Below, in pieces: positions 17,527 through 25,766 of a DNA stretch of 41,675 nt. Position 1 is the first letter of the stretch; every line of letters begins with the position of its first letter. Source of the DNA: Gemmatimonadota bacterium (lineage in GTDB: Bacteria; 4572-55; J002); the NCBI GenBank assembly GCA_003697105.1, contig RFFQ01000011.1, forward strand, positions 1-41,675. The letters run 5' to 3'. Both the position numbers and the translations under genes were made by a program. Under the pieces are notes generated by a model. That model was not told the DNA's origin, made no database searches, and saw nothing but the letters and a program-made list of their open reading frames with translations.

Positions 17527-19789
17527 AACTAAGCCCTAAAATGGGGATGCGTCGAAATTGCGGGATCGTTTTTGGTGCTTTTTGGGTTATGCTCCAATAA
17601 TAGCGGTCGATGTTGCGCCGGTTGTACACGTTCCAGATACTCATATAAAAGATGATATTGGATTTGAGGAAGTAAAATCGCCGGTCAACCCGCAAATTAA
17701 GCGAGTGATAATCCGGTAGGCGTAAGGCATTTATTTGAGAGCGATCCAAGATGCCCTCGTTGATCAGGCGTGACGTGAGCAGATCAAATGGCGTGTAGGG
17801 TCGCCCACCTGCCCAGGACCAGCGCAAACTAAATTCCCAACGGGCATTGGGTTTGTAGCCTCCCATCACATGAAGGCGATAGCGGTTATCAAACAGGCGC
17901 GGGTGCCAGTCGCCCTGCATATCGCGGTAGCGCGTGCGAGAGAGGGATGTGCCAATTAGCCCGTAAAAACCCTGTACCAACTTTTTTTGCAGCATCACTT
18001 CGATGCCGGCAGAATACGCTCGCCCGTCATCCCGCACATCGCCGTAATTGCGATATTCATCCCGGTAAATCACATCATCGGCGATGAACCGGCGCGGGTC
18101 ATCCGGGTCAAGAGGAAAGTTGGAATAATCTTTAACGTAAAGTTCTACCGTGAGTTGTGTATCTGGGGTGAACCGGAAATTCGTACCAACGATATAATGA
18201 AACACCTGCAGATTCTTATTATCCTGATTGCCTGCCGCCTGCGAATAGAGCACCAGCGGCGGCGCTTGGTAGATCAAGCCACTGCCAAGATTGATCTGCC
18301 AGCGGTCACTAAGATGGTAGGTCAGGGAAAAACGGGGCACGAGCTGAGTACGGTGATTATAGGAAAACCGGTCTAGCCGTAATCCAGTCGTGAGGGTTAA
18401 TCGAGGAGTGACATACCACATGTAGCTGAAAAAAAAGGCGGTTTTGGTGGTGTATAAGGCACTATCGACGGCTAATTCCGGGATGATTGCCCCGGACGCA
18501 CTGCGATAGGATTCCAGATAGTAGTCATAATCGGCGCGTTCGTGGCTAACCTCCAACCCAAATTTAAACTGATGATTCCACGCCAGCCGGTAAAAATTGA
18601 TGTTCCGCAGGTGGTACAATCGTTCCGTGTAGTTATTGCGAACGTGCTCGGTGCGGTTGAATTCAGTGAACCAGCGAGCGAATCCACGGTTGACCGTATG
18701 GGAAAGTGCGGTCTGGGAGTACCCACCGCGCCATAAATAGCGCCAGTTGACGCCAAACGTATGCTGATCCGCGCCTAAATCCCCGGTGGTACCCGTGCCG
18801 TCATCCCATGTGGCATCGTACCGCCCCCCAAGGTGGAGTAAATTGATCTGGTGTTGGGGAGACAAATTAAAAGTGATTTTGCTTTGGGCATCTGTGTAGC
18901 GGGGTGCTAAACCTTGGTCATCCACCCCAGCCCAATCCACCAACAAATCCAGATTACTCCGCCGGACAGAGGTAAATCCAGCGCCGCGATGATGGGGTAA
19001 AGGACATTCCAACATTAACGCAAAACCGGTTAAGTCTGCATCCAGCTTGCCGTCAAATTCGTCTGGATTACCTTCTCGCAATTGAATTTCGATGATTGAT
19101 GAGAGCCGGTCGCCATATTCTGCTCCCCACCCTCCGGTATAAAAACGAACATTTTCGATCACATCACTATCAATCATCGACAGTGATCCCCCCGACGAAC
19201 CTTGCATCCCAAAATGGTTGATATTGGGAACCAGCATGTTATCCACATAATACGCATTTTCCACCGGACTACCTCCCCGGACAATCAGGTCATTAATGCG
19301 ATCATCCACTTGTGCAGCCCCGGGCGAGGCAGATAAAAACCGGCTGACATCACCGGCGGTTCCGGGGGCACGGCGAATTTCCTCCGCATTAAAGCGGGTT
19401 ACACTCACTGGATTGCCCACATCATGCTCAAAATAACCGGCGGTGACTTCCACTTCAGCCATCTCAAATACCGCCTCCTGAAGTTCCACCGGCACAAACG
19501 TGAGACGATTTGGGCGGACGACCACATCTGTGCGCATTTGTGTTTGGTATGCCACATGGGAGATTTGTAGCGTGTACGTTCCAACGGGTACATCCGGCAG
19601 GATAAATTCACCATTTTCACCGGAAAAAGTGATCAAGTCACTCTTTAATAGGGTGAGATAGGCTCCCGCAACAGGCTGTTGGGTTTGCGCTTGGGTGATT
19701 GTTCCTTTGATCGTTCCTGTTAAGGATTGAGCATTTGCCGGAAGGGCAATAAAGATGAATAGTATCCCTGTTCTGAAAAACCGGACCAT
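17516..19789 (-). CDS. TonB-dependent receptor with N-terminal carboxypeptidase-regulatory-like domain
   Basis: Signal peptide; plug motifs LIVRGGSPVEN.YYVD and GGWGAEYGDRLSS; NVYNRRN box; C-terminal F (GLSYEF). Overlaps the lipoprotein start by 11 nt. Confidence 0.92.
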   Translation of the reverse strand: MVRFFRTGILFIFIALPANAQSLTGTIKGTITQAQTQQPVAGAYLTLLKSDLITFSGENGEFILPDVPVGTYTLQISHVAYQTQMRTDVVVRPNRLTFVPVELQEAVFEMAEVEVTAGYFEHDVGNPVSVTRFNAEEIRRAPGTAGDVSRFLSASPGAAQVDDRINDLIVRGGSPVENAYYVDNMLVPNINHFGMQGSSGGSLSMIDSDVIENVRFYTGGWGAEYGDRLSSIIEIQLREGNPDEFDGKLDADLTGFALMLECPLPHHRGAGFTSVRRSNLDLLVDWAGVDDQGLAPRYTDAQSKITFNLSPQHQINLLHLGGRYDATWDDGTGTTGDLGADQHTFGVNWRYLWRGGYSQTALSHTVNRGFARWFTEFNRTEHVRNNYTERLYHLRNINFYRLAWNHQFKFGLEVSHERADYDYYLESYRSASGAIIPELAVDSALYTTKTAFFFSYMWYVTPRLTLTTGLRLDRFSYNHRTQLVPRFSLTYHLSDRWQINLGSGLIYQAPPLVLYSQAAGNQDNKNLQVFHYIVGTNFRFTPDTQLTVELYVKDYSNFPLDPDDPRRFIADDVIYRDEYRNYGDVRDDGRAYSAGIEVMLQKKLVQGFYGLIGTSLSRTRYRDMQGDWHPRLFDNRYRLHVMGGYKPNARWEFSLRWSWAGGRPYTPFDLLTSRLINEGILDRSQINALRLPDYHSLNLRVDRRFYFLKSNIIFYMSIWNVYNRRNIDRYYWSITQKAPKTIPQFRRIPILGLSYEF

Positions 19790-19845
19790 GTGTACCTCAG
19801 GCGATAAAACATATACGTGTCATCCGGCAGTAACCCGCTGGCAAT

Positions 19846-19879
19846 AAAAAAGGCGTCGATTTCTCGTTAATCGGCGCCT
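19846..19879 (-). terminator. Intrinsic terminator after the ABC ATPase gene
   Basis: Minus strand AGGCGCCGAT-N9-ATCGACGCCT followed by TTTTT. Confidence 0.7.
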
Positions 19880-19904
19880 GGCAGAGAGGTGAACGGCTGG
19901 CAGG

Positions 19905-20993
19905 TCAAATGAGCAATGATTTTTCCGTTTTGCCATCAAAAAAGTGGAAATGTTCGGGGTTGAGTTCCACATTCATCATCTGTCCGTATTGTGGAATTTG
20001 GCGTGTATTAAGGCGGGCAAGCAGGGTGGATTCATCAATATTAAGATAAACGATCACTTCATTGCCCATCGGTTCGACCACGCCGACTTTCGCCTGAAAT
20101 ATGCCTTGCGCATCACTGGCGTTGATATCTTCTGGGCGGATACCAAAAATCACCGGCCGGTTGATGTGATGTTTCAAATGGTCTTGATAACGTTCCGGTA
20201 CTGGAATCTGAATCGATTGCTTGTTGGTGAACTTCAGCCCATCGGCTTGGATAATTTCACCGTGCAGAAAATTCATTGAAGGACTCCCAATAAAGCCAGC
20301 CACAAAGACATTCGCCGGATGGTCGTAGAGGTTGAGGGGGGTATCGCACTGCTGAATATACCCATCATAAAGGACGGTGATGCGGTCTCCCATCGTCATG
20401 GCTTCCACCTGATCATGTGTAACATAGATCATGGTTGCTTCCAATTCATGGTGGAGCCGTTCGATTTCCGCCCGCATTTGCACTCGTAATTTAGCATCAA
20501 GGTTGGAGAGCGGCTCGTCAAACAAAAAAACCTTTGGTTTGCGCACGATTGCTCGCCCGACGGCAACTCGTTGGCGCTGTCCACCGGAAAGGGCTTTGGG
20601 TTTGCGGTCAAGCAAGTCTTCCAAGCCTAAAATTTTGGCGGCGTCTTTCACCCGCTGGTCGATCTCATGTTTGGGGAATTTACGGAGTTTTAGTCCAAAT
20701 GCCATGTTATCATAAACGGTCATGTGGGGATAAAGGGCGTAGTTCTGAAACACCATCGCGATGTCGCGGTCTTTGGGCGGAACATCATTAACGATCCGGT
20801 CACCGATGTGGATTTCCCCGGAGGTAATTTCCTCCAGACCGGCGATCATGCGCAGGGTGGTGGACTTTCCGCAGCCGGAGGGTCCAACAAAGACCATAAA
20901 TTCCCGGTCGTTAATCTCCAAATCATTATCTTTGACGACGTGAACACCACCATCATAAATTTTATTGACTTTTTTTAGGAGTACTCGTGCCAT
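19905..20993 (-). CDS. ugpC: Carbohydrate ABC transporter ATP-binding protein (MalK/MsmX/UgpC family)
   Basis: Walker A GPSGCGKS, VFQNYALYPHM, LSGGQRQR, DEPLSNLD, HDQVEAMT, C-terminal TOBE region. Confidence 0.93.
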   Translation of the reverse strand: MARVLLKKVNKIYDGGVHVVKDNDLEINDREFMVFVGPSGCGKSTTLRMIAGLEEITSGEIHIGDRIVNDVPPKDRDIAMVFQNYALYPHMTVYDNMAFGLKLRKFPKHEIDQRVKDAAKILGLEDLLDRKPKALSGGQRQRVAVGRAIVRKPKVFLFDEPLSNLDAKLRVQMRAEIERLHHELEATMIYVTHDQVEAMTMGDRITVLYDGYIQQCDTPLNLYDHPANVFVAGFIGSPSMNFLHGEIIQADGLKFTNKQSIQIPVPERYQDHLKHHINRPVIFGIRPEDINASDAQGIFQAKVGVVEPMGNEVIVYLNIDESTLLARLNTRQIPQYGQMMNVELNPEHFHFFDGKTEKSLLI

Positions 20994-21031
20994 TTTTATC
21001 CCTCATGTTTAATTTTTATTCCTCATGTTTA
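20992..21031 (-). repeat. 20-bp tandem duplication of the RBS region
   Basis: ATTTTTATCCCTCATGTTTA / ATTTTTATTCCTCATGTTTA, one mismatch. Confidence 0.85.
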
Positions 21032-21205
21032 GATATGAATTTTTGAACATTGTGTTAGACCAAATTTAGCGAATCCAGCAAGCTAAAATTCGGATAAATA
21101 TACCACAAAGTCTTAAATAGACTAACAAAACACTCCCTCAAGTTTCTATGTATATTTTACTCAGGCACGTTCGCACTTCCCAAAGGGAAATCTAAAGCAT
21201 TCGGG

Positions 21206-21265
21206 GTAGATGCAATACGCTTTCAGAGCGCATTGCACCGCCATTGCATTTAGGGAACAATCTAC
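21206..21265. repeat. Imperfect palindromic element / stem-loop
   Basis: TGCAATACGCT-N5-AGCGCATTGCA hairpin enclosed by GTAGA...TCTAC. Confidence 0.5.
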
Positions 21266-21274
21266 GAGTCGAGG

Positions 21275-21748
21275 TTAAAAATCCAGCTCGGAAAAATCAT
21301 CCTCCTCATAATCCTCATCTTCATATTTTTCGTAAATGATTTCGTCGTCAAACTCATCATCAAATTCATTACCGGCGGATTCCCCCAATGACGCATCAAA
21401 CACAATCCACTCATCCTGATCGACGGGAACTTCTTCTTGAAGAATAATGTCCGTAACGTATTGGTAAACTTCCTTTAACGGCACATTAAACGGGACTTCG
21501 ATCATCATTTTGTGAAGCGACATCTTTTCCTGTAGTTTCTCCAGTTCAATAATGATCTCATCACCTTCTAGCTTTTCAACCGGCACGATTTCCGTGAGTC
21601 CTAACACCTCACGCACGGTTTTGTACTCATGAAAATCATCAACATCCTCGATTTCAAAATCAGATTCCAGAATATCTTCCTCGTCGTAGAAATCTTCGAG
21701 CTGATCGATAAAGTCTTGAGGATCATCTCGCTTAACTTTCTTCTTCAT
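21275..21748 (-). CDS. Highly acidic hypothetical protein
   Basis: 157 aa from MKKKVKRDD; hand count about 55 D+E (about 35%). Confidence 0.75.
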   Translation of the reverse strand: MKKKVKRDDPQDFIDQLEDFYDEEDILESDFEIEDVDDFHEYKTVREVLGLTEIVPVEKLEGDEIIIELEKLQEKMSLHKMMIEVPFNVPLKEVYQYVTDIILQEEVPVDQDEWIVFDASLGESAGNEFDDEFDDEIIYEKYEDEDYEEDDFSELDF

Positions 21749-21796
21749 GAAATACGACCTTTCGCCTGCGGTGTGATGAAAATGAAATGTCAACAC

Positions 21797-22513
21797 TTAT
21801 TGATTTGCTAAAATTTCAGCATAATGAATGGTTTGAATAGGTATGTTTTGGCGTTTCAAGAGTCCGTTTAAGTGCATTAAACAACTGGAATCTCCCGCTG
21901 TGAGATAGTCTGCACCCGTGGCACACACTCCGGTGATTTTATCGTTCCCCATGGCAGTGGATATTTCGGTGAATTTTACCGCGAAGGTGCCCCCAAAACC
22001 GCAACATTCCTCTGCATTGTCCATTTCTACCAGTTCCAACTCGCGCACAGCCGCCAACAACTGACGAGGCTCGGATTTAATCCGAAGTTCGCGTAAACCA
22101 TGACAGGCATCGTGGTAAGTCACTTTATGCGGGAAGCGGGCACCGACATCAACCGTTTGTAATTGGTTCACCAAAAAATCGGAAAATTCGTACATGTGGC
22201 TCGCGATGTGCCGGACATCACCGGCTAGAGCCGGGTCCATAAGCCATTTGGGATAAAAACACGTTACCATCGTGGTACAAGACCCGGAGACCGACACAAT
22301 CGAATCCGCCCCAGAAAAGACCTTTACTAACCGCTTTGCTACCCGCCGGGCTTCTGCATGATACCCGGAATTAAATGCCGGTTGGCCACAACACGTCTGT
22401 TCCACAGGAAAAACAACCTCGTGCCCTAGACGCCGCAGAATCCGCACGGCGGAAACCGCTACATGGGGATAAAATTGATCCACGATGCATGGAACAAAAA
22501 GCGCTATTTTCAT
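21797..22513 (-). CDS. lutA: LutA/LldE/YkgE-type Fe-S protein with two CCG domains
   Basis: LFVPCIVD, QTCCGQPAFNSG, SGSC, YHDACH, ECCGFGGTFAVK, DSSCLMHL. Confidence 0.9.
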   Translation of the reverse strand: MKIALFVPCIVDQFYPHVAVSAVRILRRLGHEVVFPVEQTCCGQPAFNSGYHAEARRVAKRLVKVFSGADSIVSVSGSCTTMVTCFYPKWLMDPALAGDVRHIASHMYEFSDFLVNQLQTVDVGARFPHKVTYHDACHGLRELRIKSEPRQLLAAVRELELVEMDNAEECCGFGGTFAVKFTEISTAMGNDKITGVCATGADYLTAGDSSCLMHLNGLLKRQNIPIQTIHYAEILANQ

Positions 22514-22558
22514 GCGTATTCATGTTTGTTATCAAAAGTAAGCCGGACTCAATTCGGC

Positions 22559-22588
22559 ATCTTACCAGACAGGGAATGGCACTGTCAA
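22559..22588 (-). promoter_or_regulatory. Sigma70-type promoter for lutA
   Basis: TTGACA - 18 nt - TAAGAT with an extended -10 TGn. Confidence 0.6.
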
Positions 22589-22612
22589 GCCATTTTTTGA
22601 CAAAACCGAGCC

Positions 22613-22633
22613 TTGTACCTTATTAAGGTACAA
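22613..22633. promoter_or_regulatory. Perfect 21-bp palindrome, candidate operator
   Basis: TTGTACCTTA-T-TAAGGTACAA. Confidence 0.6.
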
Positions 22634-22685
22634 AAGGAGTTTATTGGTTACAGTTATTTTGGTGATAAGTCAAGAAAAAACGAAA

Positions 22686-24044
22686 TCAGGAGGTTGTAAC
22701 TTCCAGCCGGAGCACCCGCTGGAGCCACCAATAAGATGCGGAACCGGTCAGCATATTGGAAATGACAAATGCGCCAAAAATACCCTGTAAACCAAACAGA
22801 TACGACCCGAGATATGCCAGCGGAATATAAATGCCAAATACCCGAATCACGGTGAGTAGTGATGAATGAAACGGGCGGTTGAGAACATTCAGACAGGTGT
22901 TAGAGAGAAGCAATACCCCCTGCAATCCATATCCAATAGGCGCGATACTAAAGTAGAGAACGGCAGTAGCGATAACCATTGGGTCTGGATTAAACACCCT
23001 TGCCACCTGTGGTCCACATACCAACAACCCCAGCCACATGACCCCTCCCCACAGGAAGGCGAAGCGCTGGCTGTACCGGATCCCCCTTTCCACCCGGTCA
23101 TATTGCTGGGCACCCCAGTTTTGCCCCACAAATGGACTCATCACCGAATTGAGCGCAAATAGCACCGTCAAAGTAAATGCTTCCACCCGCGTTCCGACCC
23201 CAAAACCGGCAACAGCTTCCGTGCCGTAGCTTGCTACTAAACTCGTGATAATCCCACTGGAAAGGGGAACAATGATATTCGTGCCGCCTACCGGCAGACC
23301 GATATATAAAATTTTTCGCCAGGAGGCAAACCCCTCCTGCAAACCCGGTATTTCAAGAGTGATCATCTTCTCACGGCGATAAAGAACCCACAACGCGACA
23401 AAAAACGTTGTCGCCCGAGCACAAACGGTGGCAATTGCCGCTCCGGCAATCCCCAAACGAGGGACGGGTCCCAGCCCGAAGATCAACACTGGATCGAGAA
23501 TTATATTGACGGCAACCGCTACTAACATGACCAAACTTGGAGTTTTGGTGTCTCCGGTGGCACGTATGGCATTGTTACCCACCATCGGGACCACCACAAA
23601 AATCGTCCCGCTATACCAGATGCGCATGTAGGCATGGATCAAAGGCATAGTCTGTTCGTCCGCACCCAGCAACCGGAATACGGGGTCAATGGTCAAAAAT
23701 CCAACAGTCGCCATTAGAGCAACAATGAGCAGCGACAGCGAGAGGGCATCCGTAGTCAACCGGCGCACCTGGTGCGGGTCACCTTCCCCAATCGCGCGGG
23801 AAATGACCGCAGACGCGCCAGCACCCAGACCAAGAGTCAGACTGTTGAGAATCATCACCACCGGAAACGTGAAACTGATCGCCGCTAGTTCCCGTGTACC
23901 CAGTTGACCTACAAAATAGGTGTCGACTAGATTGAAGGCAATCATCGCGATAATGCCAAAAAACATCGGGATCGTTAAACGAACCAGTGTAGGGGCAATA
24001 TCACCTTCGGTAAGGCGGGCTTTGGAGGGCGGGGAGAACCTCAA
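22686..24044 (-). CDS. MATE family efflux transporter
   Basis: LTEGDI...FNLVDTYFVGQLG...LAAISF, RATGDTKTP, NIILDPVLIFG, GQNWGA; about 12 TM. Probable TTG start overlapping the upstream TGA, with GGGGAG RBS. Confidence 0.92.
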   Translation of the reverse strand: MRFSPPSKARLTEGDIAPTLVRLTIPMFFGIIAMIAFNLVDTYFVGQLGTRELAAISFTFPVVMILNSLTLGLGAGASAVISRAIGEGDPHQVRRLTTDALSLSLLIVALMATVGFLTIDPVFRLLGADEQTMPLIHAYMRIWYSGTIFVVVPMVGNNAIRATGDTKTPSLVMLVAVAVNIILDPVLIFGLGPVPRLGIAGAAIATVCARATTFFVALWVLYRREKMITLEIPGLQEGFASWRKILYIGLPVGGTNIIVPLSSGIITSLVASYGTEAVAGFGVGTRVEAFTLTVLFALNSVMSPFVGQNWGAQQYDRVERGIRYSQRFAFLWGGVMWLGLLVCGPQVARVFNPDPMVIATAVLYFSIAPIGYGLQGVLLLSNTCLNVLNRPFHSSLLTVIRVFGIYIPLAYLGSYLFGLQGIFGAFVISNMLTGSASYWWLQRVLRLEVTTS

Positions 24045-24385
24045 AATGATGCTCCCCAAAGATGCATCAAAACGACAACGATCCCGATGAAAAGGAGTGC
24101 AGAAAAAAATATCTTCAAGCGTTTTAAGCGATGCTGACGCCATTGCAGGTAAAGCGGTAAGTTCAAGTAATACGTGCCCAGCCCTACCAGACACAACCAC
24201 CCTTTCTTTTGTAAACGGGCTAACCGCCAGCGAATAAACGGATTTGTGGGAAAAAGTGTTATGGCGCTTTCAGCGGTGATCGCATTTTCTTTACGGCATG
24301 TTGAGATCAACCGCCGATCAATGATACTGATGATGGCAAAATATACCGTGAGAATACTCCCAATGGTTTTAGCGTATTCAATCAT
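24041..24385 (-). CDS. Small membrane protein of unknown function
   Basis: 114 aa with terminal TM segments; 4-nt overlaps with both neighbours (ATGA and TTGA) indicate translational coupling. Confidence 0.7.
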   Translation of the reverse strand: MIEYAKTIGSILTVYFAIISIIDRRLISTCRKENAITAESAITLFPTNPFIRWRLARLQKKGWLCLVGLGTYYLNLPLYLQWRQHRLKRLKIFFSALLFIGIVVVLMHLWGASF

Positions 24386-25512
24386 GAGTTTATAACTTGC
24401 TGGTAAGATTGCTTTAATAATGATTGGAAATGATGAACTCCGCTCTCCCGCTTGACCGAAAAACGACCTTTATCATAAGCGCGGGAGTTCAAGCCTCGTT
24501 GCACCCACTCGCAAATCTCGATATCTTCCTGTTGAATTTCATCGCTGTAGGCAATATCCTGCTCGATCAACTGGAGTGCCTCCGGCGAAGTCACATCGTC
24601 ATAAAAATAGTCAAAAATGACTCTACACCGCTGGTGATCGACCGGTATGACCCGATTCGTTTGCAATCGCCCCGGTAGAATATTGAGCATGAAATTGGGA
24701 TAGACAAAATAATAAAACGCTTCACCTTCTTCCCGGCTGTAAAAATTTGCTGCTTGCTGGAATGGGCTATGTTGGAGGGAGTAGTAGGGATAGGTTTCGG
24801 TGATATAATTTTTGTAATCGAGCAATTTTGCCAATTCAGGATGGACAAACGGTAAGTGGTATCCTTCCAGATAGTTATCGACATAAACTTTCCAGTTGCA
24901 GGCGATGTCGTACACCACGCGGGAATGAAACTTTTTGGTTTCCAAACGGATTGGCGCAATGCGCTCCGTAATACCGGTTAAAATGTCCTTCAACGGTGGC
25001 GGGTCATCCGCCAAATGGACAAAAATCACGCCTTCCCACACATCCAGCCGGATGGGAATCAGCCCGTAATCCTGTTTATCAAACAACTTTACAAAGTTAA
25101 ATTCTGGCACACCCCGTAATTGCCCGTCAAACTTATAGACCCAGCCGTGATAATGGCATTTTAAGACGTGCTCACAATGCCCATCTGCAGTCGCCAATGG
25201 ACCACCCCGATGACGGCAGACATTAAAAAATGCCCGCAATTGATCCGCTTTATCGCGCATCACCAGAATCGAATTCCCCGCAACATCTGCCAGAAGATAA
25301 TCACCCGGCTTGGGGATTTTATTGACGTGTCCAATTCCTTGCCAAGTTCGAGCAAAAATCCATTCCTGATCAAGGGTGTGCAAAGCGGGATGGGTGTACC
25401 AACTGGAAGGAATGGTCTCGGACTCGTCCAGCGGGTAAATCTGGAGGTTTTCTGGAGTGAAATCCGGTAAATCGTTCCTCTGAGTCCTTTTTCTCATTTT
25501 TCTCATTTCCAT
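24382..25512 (-). CDS. Rieske non-heme iron oxygenase alpha subunit (choline monooxygenase/CntA-like)
   Basis: NVCRHRG...CHYHGW Rieske ligands; NWK.YVDNYLEGYHLPFVH and QEDIEICE iron-site motifs. Start uncertain (ATG at 25512, 25506 or 25497). Confidence 0.9.
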   Translation of the reverse strand: MEMRKMRKRTQRNDLPDFTPENLQIYPLDESETIPSSWYTHPALHTLDQEWIFARTWQGIGHVNKIPKPGDYLLADVAGNSILVMRDKADQLRAFFNVCRHRGGPLATADGHCEHVLKCHYHGWVYKFDGQLRGVPEFNFVKLFDKQDYGLIPIRLDVWEGVIFVHLADDPPPLKDILTGITERIAPIRLETKKFHSRVVYDIACNWKVYVDNYLEGYHLPFVHPELAKLLDYKNYITETYPYYSLQHSPFQQAANFYSREEGEAFYYFVYPNFMLNILPGRLQTNRVIPVDHQRCRVIFDYFYDDVTSPEALQLIEQDIAYSDEIQQEDIEICEWVQRGLNSRAYDKGRFSVKRESGVHHFQSLLKQSYQQVINS

Positions 25513-25766
25513 TCGCTTTTCATCTTCATCTATAATAATGTGAAGGGCCTCCACTGGATTTGGCGCATTTCGTACACCCGATCCTGTTGGTGACTAATTT
25601 TAATGCCGGTTCAATGGGTAGAACGGTTAATTCTGGGTGTTCGTGATAGGTACTAATTACTTAAAATTCAATACCTTAAAGGTTATGTTGGCACTTTTTC
25701 AAATGGGATCATAGTAGCTTTCTATTCCACGAGTTGGTTGAAAAGCGATATTTGATTCGTGGGGGC

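Noticed and set aside
22634-22790. AAGGAG followed by a TTG-started ~48-codon plus-strand ORF
   Set aside because: Antisense to the MATE 3' end, weak start, no protein-like features.
24045-24200. N-terminal extension of the MATE ORF
   Set aside because: Overlaps the 114-aa gene; TTG at 24044 has an RBS and a coupling overlap.
25489-25512. ATGAGAAAA duplication giving three in-frame ATGs at the Rieske start
   Set aside because: Only two 9-nt copies; treated as start ambiguity.
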